From positions 434,001 to 498,000 of the forward strand of contig NMRA01000076.1 of the NCBI GenBank assembly GCA_002633005.1: a DNA stretch of 64,000 bases, read 5' to 3'. Both the position numbers and the translations under genes were made by a program. Source of the stretch: Phoronis australis. Lineage: Eukaryota; Animalia; Phoronida. Positions 50,301 to 64,000 of this stretch are shown here, piece after piece; within the stretch, counting starts at the first letter, position 1; every line of letters starts with the position of its first letter. The notes beneath the pieces were generated by a model. That model did not search any database, was not told the DNA's origin, and saw only the letters and a list, made by a program, of their open reading frames with translations.

Positions 50301-53300
50301 AAATGGCCTGTAATGTTTTTTACTAAAACTTGTTTCTTTATATGGCACTTTATATTGGTGACTTTAGGTAAATTCAGTGAATTAAGTACGCACATGATGT
50401 TACTTTTGCTCTTTGTTGCATTGTCTTGTTTAGTATGTCTTCATGTTATGTAATATTATTAATAAATATCACCTATTCAATTTTGTGTGATACTATTTAT
50501 TATTGTATGGTCACGTGACACGGTTATTGCACAGGAATTGGCGAAAAATGTGGGTTAAAACTTAAATACGTGGTATAAACGTGTTAGATTACACTCATTT
50601 TGTAACTCTCCATATTCGTATTAAAAAAGCGAACGCGAATCAACATGAACCAAAAAGATGATTTTGCTTGGGGCTTTAATTTTTAATAAAAGCTGCAAGG
50701 TTGGGTTAGAAACGGTTTTATCTGTATGAATGAATTCTTTTATGAATGCTTGCACCTCCAATTCTGTCAATTGTTTGCGTTGTTTTAACAAGGCTAGCTA
50801 GTTTTTTTTTTTTTTTTGTTTGGGTGCAATTCTGCCTTGCTGTCTTCCAAATTAGTTTTACGTTTGCTAGAATATGCAAATGGAATCTACTTTTCGGAAT
50901 GCATGCTTTAAAATTATCACGCTTACTTTTAACTATTGTGTTTCTGAAGAAGAAAACTCGTGAATATTGAAAATCCAAATTAGATGTGGAGTTGCCCAAG
51001 AGCTGCCAAAAAGAATGTCTGGTAGACGACAACAAGAATTATTGATTTGTAATAAACTCCTAAGGGCATAGTATTGTTTCATAGCTAATGGAATTTCAAA
51101 AAGTCACCCTATCCAACAATAACCCTGGAAAATCCTATTTCGGCTGTAACATTGATAATATTTTTTTAGAATATTGTTTTCTCACCCTTATTCTTGAGAT
51201 GTGCAGGTCTATCGGCATCGTCCCTAAGTCCCTATTTATTTTCATTGAAAGAAGGGGCTCAGTTTATTTTTACAACATCTTATTAGGAGGAGCTGGTAAT
51301 AAAGATATATGACAGAAAAATATATCTGTGAGTAAAGAATGACACAATTATGCAAGATTTTGGGACCTTAGTTGAGTACCTATTTGGGACTGCTTTGCGC
51401 AACTGGGTACTGCATTTTGAGAACCATTTTAAGAAACTTAGCACAATCGTGGACATTGTTTATTTATATATACATTCCAACGTTTCAATGAAAATCACTT
51501 CACCATTCTCAAGGAAAATATCCAACCACCACTAGCATGGTCACAAGTAGCACAAACACCCAAATTTAACTTGTAAAGCAGTCAAAGATATCTTTGAAGG
51601 ATGAGCTCAACCAATCCGAGGTTGCCACTCGTTAATAGACTGAGAATCAGTTTGATAATTGTGTTTTCCAGACTTTTTAATTGTTGTCATAATTTAAAAT
51701 TTTGTAATAATTGTTTATTGTTAATTTTTTTCTGAACTTTAATTTCCTTCCAATCATTTTGTAATTCTCAGAAATAGTTGACACTAATTGAACTGCCACA
51801 TTTGCAATTCAGATTTACAACCAAAAATGTTAAGTCCATTAGTGAAATGGGCTTTAATTCAGCTAAACAAAAATATTCTTCAACAGTGAGGTCATTTTTA
51901 ATCTTACATCAATTTTCAACTAGACATTTATTTATTTGAGTGTTCGCCTTATGAATGTCTTCAAGTGGACTTATTCACCTCGGAGACAGGGTATCAACCT
52001 CTGTCAACCCCTACAAGATACTGAATGTGAATTGCTCCTTTAATCCTGCTGTTTGCACAAAGTATTTTCCCTGAAGAATGTCTACCTGACTCAAGGTCCC
52101 AGTATAATCATTCGAGGTCAGCCCTATCATTTGCAACAAGGTAAGATATGAGCTCCTGTGTAATGTGACTGTTCTTATGTTAAGACATTTGGCAGTGATA
52201 AACCCACCTTCAATCGCTAAAACAACTTTTCACATGGACCATTCACTATAGACCATTTACCATTATAAAATTGTGTCTCAATTGTTCCATAGACAAAATA
52301 GGATTCCTTGGCCTGTGACCAGACGTATCATTCACGGTCTGGAACAGTACGGAACTGCCAGTTCTTTGCAAGCAGTAGGGAACAAGCAGAAAACAATTTT
52401 CTATGGGTAAGTCAGGTCTCCATATTAAGTGTTAGCTTCACCAGGGAAATGGTAACATTCATTGGCAAATGTCTCCAAGATAAACAGGTATTATTTCAGG
52501 TAAAGGCAACACCAAAAATGGTTCTTGTTAATGTTGTTCTTTTAAGTCCTACTCTGAAGTGCTATTTACATTTTAGAAAAATTGATTTTCAGTCATGGGG
52601 GGCTCCAGGATCTATTTTTGTTGTGGATACATGTGATCTCATATGAACCAGTCATTTTCATAATGGCCTGTTGCTGTTATACAGTAAGCTGGTAAGCAGG
52701 TACTTGAGTTGTCAAATTAAGTTGGTTGTGGGTACCCTGTTACTGTTATAGTGTGCTGATACTTATGCATTATAATAAGTTGTTTGTATTATTGCATTCA
52801 AGGTATTGTTTAGAAAAGTGGTATGTCTGTTCACAGTTCTATTTGGTGCTGCTTAGAAATACAAGCTTTCCTGCAAATATCTTTATTGAAACTGACAAAA
52901 ATTAAATATTTCTTCAATCAAAAGACCATTTTATACCCAAATCTACTGTACCGCTTTGGTCGAGATGTTCTTAAGGCCAGTAAGTCGATTGTTGACGGTT
53001 ATCATTTCTAGTGGACGAAATTCCAGAAGCACTGCATTTTCTGAAGGGTCAAGATTTGCCACCAAAGCAATATACACATGAGCTCTGTTATTGATTTTCA
53101 CAACTTTTCTTATGAAATTTACTGTTAGTGAGTGCAGTTCATTAAGTTTTATTGCAATGATCTTTAATGTAATTTTAAACATCCAATGAATGAAATCTCT
53201 CACAAATTAATTGCGTCAAGCCTAAATTGAAAACTTCAAACTCAGTGGTTCAAGTTATTACGAGTGAACTGATGGTTTCATCACTATGTACAATAATGAA

Positions 53301-56270
53301 TGTTTACTTTTTCCTCCCAAAATGTCAACCAAGTTATGGTTTTCAAAGGTGACAAGCGAGGCTTTAAAGCGTGTCAAATTCCACATTTTAGACTGGTTCT
53401 ATAGAACAGTATGAACAAGCAAGAAAGGCATAATCTGAGAAATTACGGTATCTGACATAATTACGTCATGAATCATCTTAGTAGTTTCTGTTTCGACCAC
53501 TTCAACTTCCCTGACGCTCAATCTCTATATGTGGTATGCCCCCTTATGGTTATCACAATGTATATATTTGTGTATTGATTTATCTATAGTTGATGATTTA
53601 CCTATTCAACACCTGATAAGACAGTTCAATAAACTGTGATACAAGATATGCGCCCACTTGTTGTTACTGTATTAGGAGCCATTGTGGATTGATTAGTCTG
53701 GGGGCTTTGCTTTTTGTTTTGTGGAGTCCTGTTGAATGCTGTGTAACAAGTCTGCTCCAGTCCCTACTCTTTGTTGAGTGAAATGTGGACATGTAGTATG
53801 CAGGTAAGATGACTATTTAACATGCCTTGATGATATATGTTGCTACAGAACTGTTTATGTTGTGATAGATTGCTCTACTATGCTGCAGGCACTAGTTGTA
53901 TGGAATATGGCATATCTGTGATAAACAGACATTTTCTTCTTGCTATCTATAATGTCATTGACACACCCATTCAACCACACACCTTGAACATTTTCCTACC
54001 TTGGCTGAAAATGAATTGCATCCTCGAACAGGTATTCATTATGTAATCATGTCAAGTTTCAACAGGATTGGTCAACTGTGCTAGGTGTAGACTTTTGATC
54101 GGCCAAGGTTTTTAGTAGAAGATGGTTTTCCCTTTAAAGGATGACAAAAGTTGAATTGAGCAGTGATTTTTTAATGTAAGGAATCCAACAGATGGGAAAA
54201 TGAAACCGGATGCTCATATTGCTCAAATAATAAATGTTGGAAAAAAATATTAAATAATCTTAACTAATATTAACTAGTCACCAACCATTGTTGGCAAACA
54301 CAGTGACCCCTGCCGATACTCCCATTGTAGGGAAGCACCAATGCTTTGCTGTTAAATTCACTTCTTTACTCATAGTTAACTCAAGCTGATAACTTGTTTC
54401 AAGACCTAAAAGTTAAATGTTCCCATTGTCTGAAGCTTCGGTAACATCAAGGCTTTAAAGCCAGTGTGAAAGGCATTTAAGAAGTACTGTTTTCCTGAAG
54501 TATTATGCAGTCAAGGTTTGCAGAATGTGTCTTTTATTACACAATTCTTAATTAACTTTGTTTGCATTGAACTATTCTTGAAACCTCCCTCAAAGCTGGT
54601 GTCTACCAAGTGCTGTGTTCAATTAGAAAATGTTATCATACGCCTTATAAGTTAATGTCAACATGTTTAATTGGGAGTACAATTTGAGTTGACTGAGTTT
54701 GTCCCACTCTTGTAGGTTTAAGCTGCATTGAAGATTAGTCAGAATTGTGGAATGACCACTGATCTTCCACCAGAGGCTGGGGTAAGTGAATTGGAACACT
54801 GCGATGGCATGCGTTTTTCAGATACTTTTGCCTACTGGTGCTGAAGCGCAATGCTGCGAATGTTTGTGGAACCTTACTCCATTCAATCAAGACTTTTTGT
54901 GAAGAATTATTCCATAAAATCAAGACTTTGTTTTTTTTTTGGAATTCTATACTAACTTGTTTGGTAATGCACTACTATTTGCCGATCTGTATTTGTGTTA
55001 CTTACTGTTAGAGTGGAATCAGGACTCGGGAACTGGAGTCTATATCTAATCTTTGTGCTTGAAATCGAACACCAAACTATTTTTGACATTTGCTTTATAC
55101 TTGATCATGAAGATAAATATCTCTTTTTTCTGTGCTCAAGTATAGTAGGACTTACACTGATTAGCGTAGAATCCAAGTTTGCACATGATGACCTCTAAGT
55201 TTGAGCTACAAACTCAAATAAAAACTCGGAGAATTCAAGTAAGACTGACGGAACTTGCAATATTAATGCTAGGGTCATCAAGTGCGAGCTAGTATGAGAC
55301 AGTCATTGAAGTAAACCATAGAGAACTGAAGCATATAATGATAGACACATCTTGCGTCTGCACAAAAGTAGTCCAGAAAATGTCAAATGTGATTTTGAGT
55401 TCGATTTACAGTGCTACGATTAGACCCAAGTCCAGGTCAGTTTGTTCGAGTCTAGGATAATCCATTTCTACCACTGTATTTTGCATTTCTGGTGGTTATT
55501 CAGGATTATAATTCTGACATACTCTGCGTAATTGGTTATCAACTTTTGTCTTTTCTCACTTCATTTGCAACAATACACTGTTGTGTTTTGTCAACCTTTC
55601 ATAATTCGACCTTGCACTTATGGTAGTCTAGTGTACATAATTCAAGTATCATGAATGTCAAGGTGAAATATTTGGAAAGAGAAATTCACCCATGTTATTT
55701 CATGATGCATATCAGTTTGAAAATTGTTTAGAACCAAATGTCATCTAATCAGGCGGAGCGCTGGTCTTGTTATAAGAAGCTGTTATCAATATGAATGACG
55801 TTATTGTATTTAATGAAGCATGTATAATAACTCTTCCTGATGATACAAATTACCTTAAACATTTAAATGATGGATACGCTTTTGTGAAAAGTTGTGGAAT
55901 TCATTTATTCATTGTGTTTTTAATTTCCATCTGGTAGTTATTACATACAAAGTTTAGCATCTCTAATTCATAATGATCTATGAAAAGTTTGTTCATCAGT
56001 ATCTCTTACGTTTGATTGTTGACGCAAGAATTGATCTGACCGAATTATGGAAAACAAACTGCCTGGAATGAGCTCATGAAATATTCAATATGACAATAGC
56101 ACTTAGCAAGCTGACTAAGCTGCTGTATTGTTGTGTCGATCATTTTCAAGTTTAAGCGTACTGCTTAATTACTAATTAATTAATCACCCTTGTAACATGG
56201 AAATGAGTCAGTGTGCATTGATACATGCGTACATCAGGAAACTGTTATTATAAACTGTGGTCAATTTCAG

Positions 56271-56363
56271 GTGACCAGAGATATGAACTCGTGGACAGCT
56301 GTGAAGCACACTGCCAGTGCATGATTGAATGTTTGGGAAAATGTGATAACAGTATGCATGCAG
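56271..56363 (+). CDS. Candidate upstream exon of the right-end gene (DQRYELVDSCEAHCQCMIECLGKCDNSMHA)
   Basis: tttcag acceptor, CAG|gtaaat donor, 93 nt, open, phase-compatible with the 62267 exon; could be UTR. Confidence 0.35.
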
Positions 56364-58260
56364 GTAAATTACTTCTTCATGAGGAATTTCTGTTCAAATA
56401 GTTCTCACCTGCAGTATGTTTGGCATTTCATTGTTATGTACGTCACATTAGTTGAAGTTATATTGAGCGTTAATTTGGTGGTTAAAAATGACCAACTTCA
56501 AAGTAAGATGAAATAACAACGAAGCAGTTTACAGTATGCCAAAAATGACACGTCTATCCTCCATTCCAACCTTGGTCACGGTATTTCCATACAAAAATGA
56601 CCCGAGCAAATATAAATGAAACCATTTGAGACTTCCCATTATGTGAAAGAGAACATCCAAAAGTATTAACCATATTACATAAACAGTGCTCAACTTACTT
56701 TTAAATGCAGTGTGTTTTATTTTGGTATGACGTATTCTTTGGAAATTTTTCAGGAATCTTATATCGACTATCAACTAGATAGCTTTTGCAGTGTGATTGC
56801 TGTGTCAATAGTTTTTTTATATTTTGTTGGAAACAACTTGCGCTTTCAATGGATACTGAAATTTTCTTAAAGCTTTTAATCTTTTGTCAAGTAATGGCTC
56901 ACTTTTGCCAGTTAATATTCACAGGTTGTTAGGTTGTTACTTTGATGAGTCATCATCAAGACCCCCATCTTCTAACAATATTCATATCATGCTGTGTTTG
57001 AGGTCACAGCCTTGCAGGTGGTAGCTAATTGGTTGGTAACTTTCTCAAATGTGGATTATTTGGTTTCTTATCCACTGTATTTTGGATTGGTCTTACAAGA
57101 AATGAAATGGGAAATGACAAATTGAGAGAAGGTAGGCTAGTTTTAGATAAACTTTTTTCACTCTTGTACTTTAGTTGAGGAGCACCGGTTCCTAAAATTC
57201 TCTCAAGTCCTGTGAATACAATAAATAGGAAAAGTCGTGTCTGTTGAACCAACCCAGGGTCTTGTAATTCTTGAAGCTTGGATTTTGGATTTCTCAGTCT
57301 TTTTGTGAAGTATTTATGATGCACTATATTGTGTTAGGTTTTTAATTGACAAATCTTTATTGTTTGACATCAAGACCTGCACAGAAACCACTAGTATAAT
57401 TAAGATACACCAGAGGACAGGCAATTGCAACATCCGTATTTTTCTTCAGTTGCAGACGAGGCCCTTTGTTCTAACTGTGTGCGGAACATTAGCATGATAC
57501 TTGGTCTCTCGCTAATTAACATAACATAAGACTGATGGCATATTATTTGTTACATATATAACAGAGTTGCAGTGGAGTATTAGAATCATTTTGACTGAGG
57601 TGAGACACCTGTTTATCGATTATTATGGTTCTTCTTGACATGTTTGTACTTCTGAAAGCATCCCTTGAGTTGTTTCATTCATTTAAGAAGTGCAGCAATG
57701 TTTATACATGCTTCTAGTGAGTGAAACTTATTTATACAAAAAGTCGTGGAGCACTAAATCTTAAGTACAAGACTGTAGGATCATAGCTAAGACAGTCATG
57801 AGCAATACTATGTGTATGAGAGGGAAATATTGCAAGTAACGTTAAGTTGACAATTTTTCGTATTCGAACTTAACAACCACCTTTAGGAGCTACGTAAATG
57901 AAAATTCGGCAAATGCACAATTTGTAGCTCTGGACGTACCCCGTAAATTCGAGCCCCGCATTTTTTTAGGTTGGGTTCATGTATAGATTTTAGTCCACTT
58001 TTTTCATGCAAGAATAATTGCAAAGTTGCCATTTTTCCATTTTTCAAAGGCCACAAAATATGGAAAATTTACCAAAATGACATCTACACAGTACAAACCA
58101 TGCTAGTGGAAGACTGAAATTTTCTTAATCTTACCGGTTATTTTTGTGGAAAAAGTTCACGAAACAGAATTTTGATTCTCAGCCATATTGTATGCTAAAT
58201 AAATTAAAAATCACAGTGCCTGCATGACATGAGCCTGTTGTAAGTTAAATTGGACAGTAC

Positions 58261-60727
58261 ATGTATTCCATATGTTGCGTTACCTTTAAAGACATTATCA
58301 ATATTCACTGTGGTATGCATGTCTAATTGATATTGATATTTTCTGTTGTCTGTCTGAACAATTTAGTGTAAGATCATTGGCTGGCGCCATTTTTCAGGAA
58401 CAAAGTGTGCTTTGTTCTCAATTCAAAATTCATAATGGTAACTTAGACATTAAAAACACCATTTTCGGAATTTAGCCTATTTAGTAATACTAAAGAGCAA
58501 AATTGTTCTTAGTCGTTTTAATTGCTTTTCCTATTTGGGATAAGATGTGTGACCACATTTTTAACATCTCTGTTGTGAACTCGGTAATGGTCGGATATAA
58601 CGTGCCCGAATTTTGAGAACCAGTTTTCTCCACTGAATAACAGGCATCAAACTGGTTCTCAAAACATCGAAATGTTATATCCTACTATTACCTTGATCTC
58701 TGTGTAAGAATGCTCCTAACAATGAAATATCGTTTCAGGATTCTTTTTTGTTAGGTCCTTAAAAACTACTAGATGTGATTGACAGTACTTTAATGGTAAC
58801 ACTATCTTTCAATGACAGTGGAAGGAATATATAGAATTGCAGTCTGATCTCTTTATTGTTAACAAGATCTAGGTTATGATTAGAGATCACATTACTGGCA
58901 TTTGTAATTATTTGGTGTTATTTAAAGCTCAATATTAGGTCACGGCACTGTCTTCGTCAATTTTGTTATTTTGCGAACTTCTATTTTTGAGGAAAATTGC
59001 TTTTTTGCACTTTGGGAGACAAATTTTGTAAAAAGGGAATCAAATGTCACACCAAATGTGCATTATTTAAGTAAAATTTAAGGTCTTTAAAAAAACATGT
59101 TCAATGTTATGTCGGAAAACCTGTATTTTGTCGGGATAGGAATTTTTAGCCATTTTAATATGGCAAGTGTTGCTGATTGTACATGACAGTTTTGGGTTGT
59201 ATATACCTTATTCACGCAGCTGCCATTTTAGTAGCGAGTGAAAAAAATCATGCTTTGCGCTGTGATTAAGCACATAATGCATTGTTTTTGAAATCTAAAA
59301 AGAGGCTTACTTTAAAATGGCGACTACATGAATAAGGTGTATTAACTCAGCTTCAGTGAAATTATGTTAAAACATTGTTCAATGCTGTCTTTCTGGATAA
59401 GGATTTTCTTCACTTTTTTGTGACAAGTTTTGCTGATTTTACATGACTTAGCTTTGAGTTGTGTGAATTTTAGTGAAACCATCCCCTGTGAGGTTCTCGG
59501 CTGTGCTGGATTTGGCTTCTCAGGGTCCTAAATCTATGAAAAGTGAGAGGCCCTAGTAATATGAGCTGCTGAAGATAGGGTATCCCAAATTTTTTGATAT
59601 TTCAGGTTTCTATTATGCATGACTTGTGACGTAAAGAAGTGCGTCACATTATTTTTCTGAGACAAAAACAAACAAATATTTTTTCTCTGTGTTTCTAGTT
59701 CATATTGCTTCTGTGTTTCTACTAAGCAGAAAGNNNNNNNNNNNNNNNNNNNNNNNNNNNNNNNNNNNNNNNNNNNNNNNNNNNNNNNNNNNNNNNNNNN
59801 NNNNNNNNNNNNNNNNNNNNNNNNNNNNATGTTGCGTTACCTTTAAAGACATTATCAATATTCACTGTGGTATGCATGTCTAATTGATATTGATATTTTC
59901 TGTTGTCTGTCTGAACAATTTAGTGTAAGATCATTGGCTGGCGCCATTTTTCAGGAACAAAGTGTGCTTTGTTCTCAATTCAAAATTCATAGTGGTAACT
60001 TAGACATCAAAAACACCATTTTCGGAATTTAGCCTATTTAGTAATACTAAAGAGCAAATTTGTTCTTAGTTGTTTTAATAACTTTTCCTATTTGGGATAA
60101 GATGTGTGACGGCATTTTTAACATCTCTGTTGTGATCTCGGTAATGGTCGGATATAACGTGCCCGAATTTTGAGAACCAGTTTTCTCCACTGAATAACAG
60201 GCATCAAACTGGTTCTCAAAACATCGAAATGTTATATCCTACTATTACCTTGATCTCTGTGTAGGACTGCTCCTAACAATGAAATATCGTTTCAGGATTC
60301 TTTTTTGTTAGGTCCTTAAAAACTACTAGATGTGATTGACAGTACTTTAATGGTAACACTATCCGTCAATGACAGTAGAATGAATATATAGAATTGCAGT
60401 CTGATCTCTTGATTGTGAACAAGATCTAGGTTATGATTAGAGATCACATTACTTGCATTTGTAATTATTTGGTGTTATTTAAAGCTCAATATTAGGTCAC
60501 GGCACTGTCTTTGTCAATTTTGTTATTTTGTGAACTTCTGTTTTTGAGGAAAATTGCTTTTTTGCACTTTGGAAGACAAATTTTGTGAAAAAAGGATCAA
60601 ATGTCACACCAAATGTGCATTATTTAAGTACAATTTAAGGTTTTTAAAAAAAAACATGTTCATTGTTATCTCGGAAAACCTGTATTTTGTTGGGATAGGA
60701 ATTTTTAGCCATTTTAATATGCCAAGT
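58261..60727. repeat. Duplicate blocks (~58272-59168 vs 59829-60728) flanking an N gap
   Basis: Near-identical sequence on either side of gap 59734-59828. Confidence 0.88.
59201..59342. mobile_element. Small MITE with ataccttattca / tgaataaggtgtat TIRs
   Basis: Inverted termini with inner gccatttta/taaaatggc; lies in a ~490-bp segment missing from the duplicate. Confidence 0.55.
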
Positions 60728-61690
60728 GACAAAAACAAACAAATATTTTTTTCCCGGTGTTTCTAGTTCATATTGCTTCTGTGTTTCTACTAAGCAGAAA
60801 GACTAGAAAGTCACTGTTTCTTAGACTGAATCAAGCCAGTCTCTGTGTCTATATTGTATTACAACTAAACAGTAGGTTCTATATGGCCTCAGGTGAATAG
60901 AAACATGAAAGTGTTGTGGTTTGGGTTTGCACTTACAACAAAAGAATCTAATTGGGCCATCAATACCTGCAGTGTCACCATTTCATATGACCTGTGTGTG
61001 GATAGGTATCTGAGGAAGGCCTTGTACCCTATTTGTTGCCTTGTAAAACACAAGCCTCAATGCACAAGGATTTGTATTTGTCTGAGGTAAGCTACATAAC
61101 AGAGTTGGCTAGAGTTGGGATAGGACTATTTGTTGTCACCTGATGTTATGTAGTGTTGATATGTTATGGGACAGAAACAGTAACTGTTGAAAGTACTGTT
61201 TCTGTCCGGATTGACTTTCAGTGACTGCCTGTTTATTTACTCTGTAGTATAGTGTATTGCTCTTATTTTCTACACAATATGGCCGACAAGTGAGATTCCA
61301 TTTTTGTCAAATTTCTCCACAAAAACAAAGATTAAGATAATTTTAGAGTGTAAGTGGTATGGTTTGTACTGCATAGATGTAATAAAACAATTTTTGGTAA
61401 ATTTTAAATCATTTGCAGTAAGGCAATCAGACTTTCAAAAAACCAAAAATGACAATTTCGGCAGTTACTCTTGTGCCAAATAAGTGGAGAAGTGCTGTTG
61501 CAAGTGGTCATATTTGTCCATGTCAAGAAATATGGCTGAATGTTTTCATTCTGTGTGTATGTAGAGCTCAAGTTAAAAACAATTTGTTTAAGGTTAAATG
61601 TTTAAATTAGCCATTTTCCAACAAGCATAACTTAGTTTGTATTTGTCAAGAAATGTCAGGGCATGTGAATAATGTGAGCTATTTTATACT

Positions 61691-61820
61691 TGTTAGGTCT
61701 ACATATACATGTTAGGTCTACATATACATGTTAGGTTTACATATACATGTTAGGTCTACATATACATGTTAGGTCTACATATACATGTTAGGTCTACATA
61801 TACATGTTAGGTCCACGTAT
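61691..61820. repeat. 19-bp minisatellite (tgttaggtctacatataca)n
   Basis: About 7 nearly perfect units. Confidence 0.95.
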
Positions 61821-62266
61821 ACTTGCCAAACCACAGGTTTTCATCACAGTGTTAGAACGTGAAGAAGTCAGCTGTGAAAACATATTCCTCTACTGAGCTG
61901 TTGTCCAAAAAGAAGGACTAGTATTTTTTGACAATTTTGTGAACTGCCAAATCTTTTTTCAGACTCTGTTGATACAAAACTCAGTGTCTGAAATTTGAGA
62001 AATATGATCAATGCCAAATTCGCCCATGTCCCAATCTTCAGAATCATGAATATTCAATTTTTGCTGAATTTCATGCTCTAAATTGAAGAATTTTTACCCC
62101 CACATGCTGTAGATCACAAACAATTATGTCTGGTGTGCACGCCACCTGTTGGCCACATGTTTGTGATCTATAATTTTTCTACAATGGTTCAGGATTTACA
62201 TATACATATGTATGCAATGTACATATGTACTCACATGATATAATTATGTTATTGTCATTGTTGCAG

Positions 62267-64000
62267 ACGAGATGGCGTCACTAGACTGTCCAGTAAAATG
62301 TTCACATGGTAAACGCTGCGAGTCTGCTGACAATGGAATTTTTGAAGAAGAGGATGCACGAGTGAGAATGGCCAGACGTCTGCACACTGAACTGGTATGT
62401 TAGTCACGACAACCTGATAAATAGTTAAATAGTTAAGATTTGTGTTCATGAAATAGGTTATTGGCTCACAATTTTTACTCAGTTGTTGTCAGAGTGCAAC
62501 TGAATGATTTTAAAGCTCTTGTGACAATAAACAACCAGTTATCTCCCTCTACTGTCAGATAGCTGAATGTTACAAAGAAGGTTAATGACGGCATGTTAAT
62601 TTGGGAAATTAATGATGAAGTAATTAATTAGTTTGTTTAAAATTGTCTAAAACACTGCCTTTGTGATTGTGTAGCTGCTAGTTGCGTTAAAAAATTAGTC
62701 ATTAATTAATTAATTAATTTAATCATTTATCTATTTTTTAAACTACTTTAAAAGACTGTGTCACCAGGCAATGAATCTACTGATTAACAACAGAGCTCAG
62801 TCGAAAATATTAACATAAGGATAAAATACAAAGTAAATATGTACACTAAGCAGAGGCGGATCCAGGATTTTTAGTTAGGGTATTAGCCTGGATTTTGCCT
62901 GTCAGACATTCACATCCCCAAACAGCCAAATGGAATCTGGGAAATGACTGGAATTTTAGGGGGGGGGCTATGGTTCCCTTGGCCTCCCTCTAAATCTGTC
63001 ACTGCTAAGAGTATTAATATAATAAATAAAGTACCATGTACTATTAGATGGCTTCTCTAAACGGGAAAACTATTAAAGCTTCTCAGACCCACCTGCATGT
63101 AAATAAGTTAACTTCAACCACTGAAACTGGGCTGGTCTTGTTCTTTGCTCAGATTAAAGGTGGTTTCTTTTTCACGAAAAAATGGTTTACAGCAGCTTTA
63201 TACAATGAAGCTCATTGGTGAGCTGTTGCTAATGAGGAACTCGAAATTCATCAGATGGCGGTGAAACGTGCATGTATTCAAATGGTCACATAGGACTCTG
63301 TCAACACTCCAATACCGGTTAACAGTGCTTTCTGTTTGCAATCTCTTCAAATATAAATAAAATATAAATAGAGGGCCATCCTGTATTCTTCAGTATAAAC
63401 CTCAGGTGACTATTGAGTCTAACCCCCACTGGACATATTCGTTGTTCAATCCCACCTTTTCATTGCTCATTTTTTTTCAGAAAATTGTCGAAGAGGAAGA
63501 TAAAGATCTGTGGTCATTATTTGTGCAAGCTATCCATGTGGTGGAACAGCTTGAAAACAAGATTAATGATTTGTGTCAGCACGATGAACCCAGCGGTGTC
63601 CAGCCACCAACAGATGTCACCCCAGGCAACAGTATAAATCATCCATTGAGGGAGGATTTTATACGCTGGAAAAGATTTCATAGACCAGCTTTACATGATG
63701 GTGTTGTTTCAGATAAGCCTGTGAATGTGAATGCTATGCTGCATTATAAAAATGTGACTTGTAGAAAATTTCAAGAAGGAAACCAAAACTTGTCACCTGA
63801 AACACGTAATGAGGAAAGGCAGACAGATATTGTGCAAAATTGTACAAATGGGGTCAATGAATCAGAAAACGATTGTGGTTTAAATGGTATGGAAGATATT
63901 TCTGACAAGCAGGGTGAGGCCGGCCTCCTGCCAAAAGATGGTGCTAGTAGTGCTGTTGTTGAGTGTAGCCAGATTACCATTCCACAGGAAGGTTATGGAA
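62267..64000 (+). CDS. Uncharacterised spliced gene, N-terminal exons (possibly LURAP1/FAM167-like coiled-coil motif)
   Basis: Exon 62267-62394 (gagATGG at 62272; MASLDCPVKC..RMARRLHTEL|gtatgt) joins in phase 0 to exon 63481->64000 (ttttttcag|KIVEEEDKDLWSLFVQAIHVVEQLENKI..), which is open for 173 codons to the window end. Confidence 0.7.
62851..63004. mobile_element. MITE of the 5070-5235 family, TSD CTAAG
   Basis: cagaggcggatccagg...aaatctgtcactg flanked by ctaag/ctaag. Confidence 0.82.

Noticed and set aside
48750-56200. Short ORFs in the AT-rich interval
   Set aside because: No recognisable domains or consistent exon chain; chance ORFs or UTR/intron.
63153-63290. Extra coding exon between 62394 and 63481
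   Set aside because: Stop codon in the required frame and no good donor.

Overview
Eukaryotic, AT-rich, intron-rich metazoan DNA (probably an invertebrate draft assembly); the ORF track is mostly intron read-through. Two conserved genes sit head-to-head with only 372 bp between their ATGs: a HOOK-family dynein adaptor (minus strand, ATG at 25620, running off the left edge) and EEF1E1/AIMP3 (plus strand, 25993-38831, ~172 aa). Several blocks occur twice next to N junctions or gaps, which is most consistent with two uncollapsed haplotypes. Comparing the copies reveals presence/absence transposon insertions with target-site duplications (TSDs). At 41-48.7 kb is a tandem array of internally deleted copia-like retroelements. 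Their LTR-like segment carries a 543-bp gypsy-derived mini-retrotransposon (TRIM), seen as full element, solo LTR and empty site. The right end holds the first exons of an unidentified plus-strand gene. I found no convincing wholly new biological system; the nested TRIM/copia array, a candidate HOOK cassette exon and the bidirectional promoter are the most notable items. All calls are by eye, with no database searches.
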